In this document: positions 1-7,865 of the stretch, piece after piece
How the letters are laid out: each line of letters opens with the position of its first letter
Numbering within the stretch: the stretch's first letter is position 1
From: Octopus sinensis
Taxonomy: Eukaryota
Length of the DNA: 13,372 nt
Assembly (NCBI RefSeq): GCF_006345805.1
Contig: NW_021826157.1
Coordinates: forward strand, 1 to 13,372
Reading direction: 5' to 3'
Notes under the pieces: generated by a model
Databases searched by the model: none
Seen by the model: only the letters and a program-made list of their open reading frames with translations
What the model was told of the DNA's origin: nothing
Translations under genes and position numbers: made by a program

Positions 1-145
1 TGTGTCGCCATTTTCGGCTATTTCAATCAGAAAAAATGTTCACTTAAAGGAATAACAAGCTACATAATGAAAAATATTTACTTTTCAAAAATTCAAATTC
101 TAAAGGGTCGAAACAAACCCGAGCAACACCGGGCGATACTGCTAG
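1..145 (+). mobile_element. Probable Helitron 3' terminus (element extends left of the window)
   Basis: CCCGAGCAACACCGGG (118-133) is a degenerate GC hairpin of the CCCGGGCAACGCCGGG type. It lies 8 nt upstream of CTAG (142-145), which is followed by T. This is the canonical Helitron 3' hairpin + CTRR|T arrangement. The 5' end is not visible. Confidence 0.55.
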
Positions 146-445
146 TTAGAGTATATTTTTCTTCATGCCTCTACTTGCCATACGTAAACTTCATATATAC
201 GCAAACTATGTTTTTTACACTTTTCCTTTCCAACCAAATTAATATCTTTTATTGCATTAAAGCAATGTAGAACGTTTAGATTTATCAAATAATAATATAG
301 TTAGCTTTAAAAACAAATTTTGTTGCATATCGGATGGGTCATCATGTTAACAACAAACACACGCACTGATTCTATTTCACTTTTTATTTTTAGGATCGAC
401 TCTTATACCTACTACATGATTAAGCTACACCATCATTGTAGAATT

Positions 446-660
446 CATACATACATACATACATACATACATACATACATACATACATACATACATACAT
501 ACATGCATGCATACATACATACATACATACATACATACATGCATGCATGCATACATACATACATACATACATACATACATACATACATACATGCATACGT
601 ACATACATAAATACATACATACATACTTACACATATATACATAATACATACATACATATA
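446..660. repeat. (ATAC)n microsatellite with ATGC interruptions
   Basis: Read directly from the sequence. It produces the HTYI/MYVC pseudo-ORFs. Confidence 0.95.
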
Positions 661-995
661 TTTGTGGATGTGTTTGTGTGTTTGTATGTATGTATATATG
701 CATGTATATATGTGTATATGTATGTATATATATATATCCAATATCTATATCAATATATATTTATAAAGCAGAAAGTTAGTCACATGACATGTAGGCACAT
801 TTAATATGAATGTTTGATTGTGAATATACGCTGGTGTCTGTGTATGTCTGTATGAATCTGCATATCTGAATATGTGTGTGTGTGTGTGTGTGTGTGTATT
901 GATGTTTGAATGTATTGGTGTATTTCACCTTGCTGTGTGTCGCTGCGCGCGCAGGGGCTCACGCGCGCGTGTCAATAAATTCAGAACTTTCTTAC

Positions 996-1125
996 CTTGT
1001 ACACAAGTGACAGGGGTATTTTCTATCGCCTTGGTCAACACATCGCGTGTATTTAAGATGTTTGTCTCGATAATATTTGTAGGCAAACACCTTTCCGCAT
1101 CGGTCACACTGATATCCTTCGCTGG
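996..1125 (-). CDS. PRDM14: Internal coding exon of a PRDM14-like PR/SET zinc-finger transcription factor (finger 1 and start of finger 2)
   Basis: Translates to (x)SEGYQCDRCGKVFAYKYYRDKHLKYTRCVDQGDRKYPCHLCT(R), which closely matches the vertebrate PRDM14 segment as I recall it (EGYRCERCGKVFTYKYYRDKHLKYTPCVDKGDRKFPCSLCKR), including the atypical C-x2-C-x12-H-x5-C first finger. Acceptor CCCATCCCTTTCAG| ends at 1126; donor AG|GTAAG starts at 995. The exon is 130 nt, phase 1 in and phase 2 out. No other PRDM14 exon was recognised in the window. Confidence 0.9.
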
Positions 1126-1170
1126 CTGAAAGGGATGGGCAATAAATAAATAAGACGATGATAAAAAAAC

Positions 1171-1229
1171 AAACAGAAAATGGCCTTAAAAAACAGAAAA
1201 TGGCCTTAAAAAAACAGAAAATGGCCTTA
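1171..1229. repeat. 3 x ~20-bp tandem repeat AAACAGAAAATGGCCTTAAA
   Basis: Three near-identical units, 45-105 nt upstream of the PRDM14 acceptor on the minus strand. Confidence 0.9.
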
Positions 1230-1254
1230 TAGCAATGTATACACACACATACAT

Positions 1255-1343
1255 ATGATATATATATATATATTTTATGTATTATATAGATTATATATAA
1301 TATAATATGTATATAGATTATATATATATATATATATATATAA

Positions 1344-1416
<73 letters not shown>
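1255..1416. repeat. Interrupted (TA)n microsatellite
   Basis: Read directly from the sequence. Confidence 0.9.
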
Positions 1417-1418
<2 letters not shown>

Positions 1419-1536
1419 AAAGTATTGTCAATATATAAGGTAAAAAACTAATTAATTATTAAATAATTTTATCCAAGTAGTGTCAGTATGTAAAAAGACC
1501 ATTTACGTATATTTGAAACATTACGTTATATAATTA

Positions 1537-1691
1537 GGTTCAGTAAAATAATTTACTTTACCACACACCGAACTTTTTAGAAATAGCAGCCAAAAATTTT
1601 AGCTATTTCTATTTTTAGAAAATAGCTGAAATTTTTGGCTGCTATTTCTAAAAAGTTTGGTGTGTGGTAAAGTAAATTATTTTACTGAACC
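1537..1691. repeat. Long near-perfect palindrome (arms ~75 bp, 4-nt TTTT loop)
   Basis: 1537-1611 is the reverse complement of 1616-1691, with two substitutions and one 1-nt indel. Confidence 0.95.
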
Positions 1692-1839
1692 CTATTTTTA
1701 TAATATAATGTATATAAAAGTATATATATATATAAATAGATGAGTGTATTTTTCTCTTGTTAACAATTAGCACGAAAAATATAGATAAATAGTTACCAGG
1801 GTAGCAAAAAATCACACAAGTGACGAGTTTCATTTCTTC

Positions 1840-1927
1840 ACTTCCCTGAAGAGAAGATTACATTGCTTTACACCATTTATTCCTTTGGAATAATATCAGT
1901 GAAATCTTCGAAACATGTGTCGGAAGT
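1840..1927 (+). ncRNA. Type I hammerhead ribozyme motif (Penelope-like element/retrozyme type)
   Basis: Stem I ACTTCC(1840-1845)/GGAAGT(1922-1927); core CTGAAGA (1846-1852); stem II GAAGATT(1853-1859)/AATCTTC(1903-1909); GAAA (1910-1913); minimal self-complementary stem III ACATGTGT (1913-1920); GTC cleavage triplet 1919-1921. Confidence 0.8.
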
Positions 1928-2057
1928 AAAAGTATTTGAATTATACCTGCGTTAAACTCCATTTATTTATTTATATATATGTATACATATATATATATAT
2001 ACTTTTATGTACATATGTATATATGTGTATATATATGTATTCATGTATGTGTGTGTG

Positions 2058-2143
2058 TATGTATGTATGTATGTATGTATGTATGTATGTATGTATGTAT
2101 GCATGTATGTATGTATGTATGTATCTATCTATCTATCTATCTA
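2058..2143. repeat. (TATG)n followed by (TATC)n microsatellite
   Basis: Read directly from the sequence. Confidence 0.9.
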
Positions 2144-2564
2144 TTTCTGATTTACAATTTTACATATTCGTCACAGCTTCTTGCTATTTACACGACATGT
2201 GCCGAGCTTGACTGTTCTTTCTGCTATTTGGAAGCATTTTACCAGCGCAATATCATAATAATTATTAGCAAAAAAACATTCCTCTTACCCCTCTTCATTA
2301 TTTTGTATTGTTTCAAATATCAAACAGTTACATTTTGATTTCTTTCTTTCACTAATATTTTTTTCTTCAATATTGCTTCTTCATTTACCGTTTTCATTTT
2401 TGCTTTCACAGCTTACTGACTCTCTCTCTCTCTCTCCCTCACTCTCATGCACGCACACACACGCTTAAACAACGAATACACCCCCATAAACAACAAAAAG
2501 CACACACATATACAGGTAACTACACTATGATACACTTCAACATTTAAATTTAATTTGCCAAAAT

Positions 2565-2976
2565 TTTTTTTTATTATCCACAAGGGGCTAAACATAGAGG
2601 GGACAAACAAAGACAGACAAATGGATTAAGTCGATTACATCGACCCCAGTGCGTAACTGGTACTTAATTTATCGACCTCGAAAGGATGAAAGGCAAAGTC
2701 GACCTCGGCGGAATTTGAACTCAGAACGTAACGGCAGACGAAATACCTATTCCTTTACTACCCACAAGGGACTACACACAGAGGAGACAAACAAGGACAG
2801 ACAGAAGGATTAAGTCGATTATATCGACCCCAGTGCGTAACTGGTACTTATTTAATCGACCCCGAAAGGATGAAAGGCAAAGTCAACCTCGGCGGAATTT
2901 GAACTCAGAACGTAACGGCAGACGAAATACTGCTACGCATTTCGCCCGGTCTGCTAACGTTTCTGCCAGCGCCGCC
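2565..2976 (-). mobile_element. tRNA-derived SINE family A, head-to-tail dimer (full monomer 2747-2976 + 5'-truncated monomer ~2565-2746)
   Basis: Both monomers are reverse complements of the copy at 6601-6830. They contain the B-box-like GAGTTCAAATTCC and the core GCCTTTCATCCTTTCGGGGTCGAT..AAGTACCAGT. Confidence 0.9.
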
Positions 2977-3211
2977 TTGATGATGACAAATATTAATGAA
3001 TCGTTTGTTAATCTGATGTACAATGACAGATCTGACGATAATTAACCAGATGTACAATGACATCCTGTATTGGTCAATGATACAGTAGCAGATTTAGCTG
3101 TTATTATGCTGATTCACACCTGATCTGCTACGATAGAATCGTTTGTCATTTTGCCTTGTGTATATGCCTTGCTCAACACTTTCTTTAAGCAATGTGTTAA
3201 TACCATCTTCA

Positions 3212-3586
3212 GTGGAGGCGCAATGGCCCAGTGGTTAGGGCAGCGGACTCGCGGTCATAGGATCGCGGTTTCGATTCCCAGACTGGGCCTTGTGAGTGGA
3301 TTTGGTAGACGGAAACTGAAAGAAGCCCGTCGTATATATGTATATATATATATATGCGTGTGTGTGTTTGTGTGTCTGTGTTTGTTCCCCTAGAATTGCT
3401 TGACAACCGATGCTGGTGTGTTTATGTCCCCGTTACTTAGCGGTTCGGCAAAAGAGACCGATAGAATAAGTACTAGGCTTACAAAAGAATAAGTCCCGGG
3501 GTCGAGTTGCTCGATTAAAGGCGGTGCTCCAGCATGGCCGCAGTCAAATGACTGAAACAAGTAAAAGAGTAAAAGAGTAAAGAGTA
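3212..3586 (+). mobile_element. Chimeric SINE: family B tRNA-like head (3212-~3299) joined to family C body and tail
   Basis: The head GGAGGCGCAATGGCCCAGTGGTTAGGGCAGCGGACTCGCGGTC...GGTTTCGATTCCC matches the heads of 6028-6419 and 7104-7486. The 3' part matches the reverse complement of 12861-13048. It ends in (GTAAAAGA)n-like tail repeats. Confidence 0.8.
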
Positions 3587-3679
3587 TACCCCTTGAGAAG
3601 GACGCCGGTGCGTTGCAGGATTCAAAGCTAGCAAATTGACCCGAAGTACATTACTAGCTATTAGTTGTCAAAGACAAAC

Positions 3680-3770
3680 GAAGGAGAAAGGCAATTCCAG
3701 CGTAGTTTGAACTCAGACCATAAAGAGATGGAACTTAATACCTTATAGTATTTAGTCCGGCATGCTACCG
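3680..3770 (-). mobile_element. Degenerate family A-like SINE remnant
   Basis: GAAGGAGAAAGGCAA...TTTGAACTCAGA...AATAC...TATTTAGTCCGGCATGCTA is colinear with the minus-strand family A copies but strongly diverged. Confidence 0.5.
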
Positions 3771-4907
3771 GACTATGTACCTTGATTTCTGTAGATGTCA
3801 GTTCTCATATGCATTGAACAACACCATCTTAACTCTGTTTTATAAGCAAACATTTTTTCTTTGTTCATAAAGATATTTAATCAGTGTCTTTTCTTCTAAA
3901 TATTACATTATATAGTTCGTTGACTCTGTTTTTGCTCTCTGTTCATTCTATCACTTCATGGATATTGATAAGTAACCATCGTTTATTTAAATGTGATCTT
4001 TGTTTTGAAATATCTTCGACTTCACTAACCATAGCTACAGGAGCGATAATCTGTATTTGGCTACTTCATCACGTACTATGTTATATAAATGAGGTGCTTG
4101 ATATAATTTACAGCTTTCCCCAGACATATCTTGCTGTAAAATCTCACATATAGTGACCACTTAATCCGTTTAGTTTCCACGAAGAAGCGGTCAAATGAAT
4201 TTATAAGAAGCATTGACGGATCTTAACACTACAACAGATGAAACAGTTCCTTGGCTGCAGGGGAGGACGTTGAGTGACATTGGATAATCTAGATATGAGG
4301 AATTAAATCAAAATTTTGTCTCCATTAGAGGCAGAATTCCTTTAGAAGAGCTCAAAATGCGTAAATATGTTTTCGCCTCACTAGAACCATCAGAGGTTTA
4401 TGTGAAATTCGGGGAGGTTTTATCGTCTCACAACTTGTCTCAGTAAATGCCACCGGGCCTAAATTGAAGGATAGTGTTTGTGTATACGAACGATAACATT
4501 GAACGTATTGTATGAACACGGTCGTGTTTGCTTAAAATTGACTCAGCCGAGGCTAAAGAAAGAGTCGACAGCCGTCGGGATGTGTAAGGTGCGGAAGAGG
4601 GAGGCGAAGAATACTTTTAGCAATGAAAAACATTTCCAAACAATTGAAGCAACATTTCAATGATGTTTGGCTGGCGGGTCTTTTCATGAGCATTGAACTC
4701 CCACCTCGCTTCACACTGGACAATCGATCTTTGCCGTTTCTCACAACCTTAATCTTACTTTATATTGGTTGATAGGAGACGCTAGAAGAACACCATTATT
4801 TGCCTTGTGCAATAGTGAACTTCACCAGACAGCATCAATCTACATGAGAATGTTAAACGAAAAGGGGAAAAAAATACAGCTACATGCGCAGCCACACAGA
4901 CGAACAC

Positions 4908-4919
4908 AAACACACACAC

Positions 4920-4993
<74 letters not shown>
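4908..4993. repeat. (CA)n microsatellite
   Basis: Read directly from the sequence. Confidence 0.95.
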
Positions 4994-4996
<3 letters not shown>

Positions 4997-5221
4997 TCCA
5001 GAAAATCGAATTACCAATACAGACATAAAGTTATTTAGTATCAGTATAGAGTGCAATAATTTTTCTATCTAGTAATTGGTAACATGAATGAATAACTACC
5101 ACAAACAGCTATTCTCACCAGCAGACAGGAGGTCTGCGCTGTTCTTTTGACTGCTACAAAGACGTATGTCTTTCGTATTAATCTTAGGTAACAGCCCAAA
5201 CAAACGGGTAGTTGGTTTTAT

Positions 5222-5385
5222 ATACATACATACACACACAAACACACGCACACGCACACATACAAACACACGCACACACACAAACACACGCACACACACA
5301 AACACACGCACGCAGATGCGCGCACACACACATACATATATATATATACATATACACACACATATACACACACATACACACACAC

Positions 5386-5419
<34 letters not shown>
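5222..5419. repeat. Compound (CA)/(TA) microsatellite
   Basis: Read directly from the sequence. Confidence 0.9.
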
Positions 5420-5544
5420 CAGGGTGTCCCCAAAAAATGTATACACATAGTGGTTCGGCAAAAGAGAACGATAGAATAAGTACTAGGCTTATAAAGAATA
5501 ACAAATTTACAATTATTTAAGGTGTGTATACATTTTTTTGGGAC

Positions 5545-5550
<6 letters not shown>
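5420..5550. mobile_element. Tc1/mariner-type MITE (~130 bp) with internal SINE fragment
   Basis: Terminal inverted repeats (C)AGGGTGTCCCCAAAAAATGTATACACA (5421-5447) and 5523-5549 match at 26/27. It is flanked by TA within (TA)n. Interior 5448-5501 matches SINE sequence at 3438-3492. Confidence 0.8.

Positions 5551-5616
<66 letters not shown>
5551..5616. repeat. (TA)n microsatellite
   Basis: Read directly from the sequence. Confidence 0.95.
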
Positions 5617-5620
<4 letters not shown>

Positions 5621-5621
<1 letters not shown>

Positions 5622-5768
5622 TCCGTCGAGGTCGATTTTGCCTTTCATCCTCTCGGGGTCGATAAATAAAGTACCAGTTTCGCACTGGGTCGATGTAATC
5701 GACTTAATCCCTTTGTCTGTCCTTGTTTGTCCCCTCTATGTTTAGCCCCTTGTGGGTAATAAAGAAAC
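5621..5768 (+). mobile_element. 5'-truncated SINE family A copy
   Basis: Matches 6682-6829 and ends in GTGGGTAATAAAGAAAC. It is flanked by (TA)-rich sequence on both sides. Confidence 0.9.
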
Positions 5769-6027
5769 ATATATATATACGCACATATGCACACACACAC
5801 ACACACATATGCATTTGTATATGTATATCTATATGTATGTATGTATGTATGTGTGTATATAATTTAAGTTAATCGTCTTTCCAACCTCTCAATGACTGAA
5901 AAAGATGGTGCTCATTGCCAGATTCTAAAACGTTAAGAGGATGAAATAAAATCTCCCCCATTCTCTGAATAGAGCCCTGGTTTATTACCGGTATTATTTT
6001 AGCGCTGTAGGATTTGAACTCAGCACT

Positions 6028-6419
6028 GGGGATGGAAGCACTCCGTCGGTTACGACGATGAGAGTTCCTGTTGATCCGAATCATTGGAACAGCCTGCTCG
6101 TGAAATTAACGTGTAAGTGGCTGAGCACTCCACAGACACGTGCACCCTTAACGTAGTTCTCGGGGATATTCAGCGTGACACAGAGAGTGACAAGGCCGGC
6201 CCCTTGAAATACAGGTACAACAGAAACAGGAAGTAAGAGTAGAGTGAGAGAAAGTTGAGGCGAAAGTGTACAACAGGGGTCGCCACCACCCCTGCCGGAG
6301 CCTCGTGGAGCTTTACGTGTTTTCGCTCAATAAACACACACAACGCCCGGTCTGGGAATCGAAACCGCGATCCTCCGACCGCAAGTCCGCTGCCCTAACC
6401 ACTGGGCCATTGCGCCTCC
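6028..6419 (-). mobile_element. Full-length tRNA-derived SINE family B with 13-bp TSD
   Basis: tRNA-like head with A-box (TGGCCCAGTGG) and B-box-like GGTTTCGATTCC on the minus strand. TSD TGAACTCAGCACT at 6015-6027 and 6420-6432. Highly similar to 7104-7486. Confidence 0.92.
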
Positions 6420-6469
6420 TGAACTCAGCACTATAGAAATGACTTCTCAATTTTACAATGTTGTCAATA

Positions 6470-6570
6470 GGTGGCGTGCTGCAGAATCGCTTGAGCGTCG
6501 GACTAAAATGCCCAGTCGTAGTTCTTTTGGCTCATTGAATTAACGTGTAAGTGGCTGAATATTCCACAGA
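6470..6570. mobile_element. Degenerate SINE fragments (family A-like head on +, then a short family B piece)
   Basis: GGTGGCGTGCTGCAGAATCGCTTGAGCGTCGGACTAAAATGC resembles the family A head. AATTAACGTGTAAGTGGCTGAATATTCCACAGAC matches 6104-6137. Confidence 0.5.
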
Positions 6571-6600
6571 CCACGAATACAGTAATATCATAGTAGGTAA

Positions 6601-6830
6601 GGCGGCGAGCTGGTAGAAACGTTAGCACGCCGGGCGAAATGCGTAGCCGTATTTCGTCTGTCGTTACGTTCTGAGTTCAAATTCCGCCGAGGTCGACTTT
6701 GCCTTTCATCCTTTCGAGGTCGATAAATAAAGTACCAGTTACGCACTGGGGTCGATGTAATCGACTTAATCCCTTTGTCTGTCCTTGTTTGTCCCCTCTA
6801 TGTTTAGCCCCTTGTGGGCAATAAAGAAAT
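6601..6830 (+). mobile_element. Full-length tRNA-derived SINE family A with 11-bp TSD
   Basis: GGCGGCGAGCTGGTAGAAACG head, B-box GAGTTCAAATTCC, conserved central core, and tail ending AATAAAGAAA. TSD CATAGTAGGTA at 6589-6599 and 6834-6844. Confidence 0.92.
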
Positions 6831-7103
6831 ATACATAGTAGGTACATGCTCACCAAAAATGAAACTCGTTGCTGTGGGATAAGAGGTATTGCAATGGGAA
6901 TTCCAAGGGAAAAGACAAAGAGCAATATCTTCGGTCCTGCAGCTCATTGTAATCAGTATCTGATTCAGGATTGAAAGAACTTGCCCAACATTGTTTATTG
7001 TTTACCGCGCACCATATTTTCTGACAGCTTAGTATAGTAAATGAACTCATTATGAATCCTTTTAGAATCCTTTTAGAATTTTCATGTTACATTCACGATT
7101 AGG

Positions 7104-7486
7104 GAAGCACTCCGTCGGTTACGACGACGAGGGTTTCGGTTGATCCGAATCAACGGAACAGCCTGCTTGTGAAATTAACGTGTAAGTGGCTGAGCACTCC
7201 ACAGACACGTGCACCCTTAACGTAGTTCTCGGGGATATTCAGCGTGACACAGAGAGTGACAAGGCCGGCTCTTTGAAATACAGGTACAACAGAAACAGGA
7301 AGTAAGAGTAAGAGAAAGTTGTGGTGAAAGAGTGCAGCAGGGATCACCACCATCCCCTGCCGGAGCCTCGTGGAGCTTTAGGTGTTTTCGCTCAATAAAC
7401 ACTCACAACGCCCGGTTTGGGAATCGAAACCGCGATCCTATGACCGCGAGTCCGCTGCCCTAACCACTGGGCCATTGCGCCTCCAC
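7104..7486 (-). mobile_element. Full-length tRNA-derived SINE family B with 15-bp TSD
   Basis: TSD ACATTCACGATTAGG at 7089-7103 and 7487-7501. Colinear with 6028-6419. Confidence 0.92.
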
Positions 7487-7681
7487 ACATTCACGATTAG
7501 GAACGTTATGAAAAACAAGAACACCCCTCCGCGGTCACAAACTGACAAACCTTTCTTTAGGTGCTAGCAAGAATGTTGAGAACAATTAAAACGTCATTCT
7601 CAGCGTGACGTAGAGCGACAAGGAGGTGTCGTTGAATTACATGTATAAACCATATTTCTGTGTACCATATTTCACAAACAA

Positions 7682-7865
7682 GTGGAGGCTTAGTGGTTAG
7701 GGTGTTGGACTCATAATCACAAGATTGTGATTTCGATTCCTGGACCGAGCGATGCGTTGTGTTCTTGAGCAAAACACTTAATTTCACGTTGTTCCAGTTC
7801 GATCAACTGGTCGAAATGAGTAAGCCTGCGACGGACCGGCGTCCCATCCAGGGAGGAATACATAC
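7682..7865 (+). mobile_element. Older tRNA-derived SINE related to the family B head
   Basis: GGCTTAGTGGTTAGGGTGTTGGACTCATAATCACAAGATTGTGATTTCGATTCC head, followed by TTGAGCAAAACACTT and CCTGCGACGGACCGGCGTCCCATCCAGGG. These motifs recall the CORE/V-type SINE domains; the assignment is unverified. Confidence 0.7.

Noticed and set aside
320-804. Overlapping 60-100 aa ORFs (HTYI/MYVC repeats), and similar ORFs at 1936-2338, 4769-5745, 8358-9239 and 12246-13367
   Set aside because: They are translations of stop-free microsatellites with no protein-like complexity.
1171-1229. CRISPR-like array
   Set aside because: The repeats are contiguous with no unique spacers, the context is eukaryotic, and there are no cas genes.
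992-1246. The 84-aa ORF as a complete gene
   Set aside because: Only 996-1125 is exon. The N-terminal part translates intron and the 20-bp tandem repeat, and the stop lies within the GTAAG donor.
3015-3062. 14-bp direct repeat GATGTACAATGACA with a CTGACGA between the copies (possible hammerhead core)
   Set aside because: There is no GAAA with a closing stem II and no stem I. It is a small local duplication. CTGAAGA on the minus strand near 3206-3212 and 13262-13268 also lacks the stems.
3214-3290. tRNA gene
   Set aside because: A- and B-box-like motifs are present, but I could not form a proper cloverleaf, and the sequence continues into a SINE body repeated elsewhere in the window.
6846-6975. 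GIAMG motif on + (Penelope RT-like) and LGIPIAI plus a GTGAG donor on - (possible PRDM14 post-SET exon)
   Set aside because: The flanking residues match neither an RT nor the ELLVWYG end of a PR/SET domain, and the frames are short. Probably chance.
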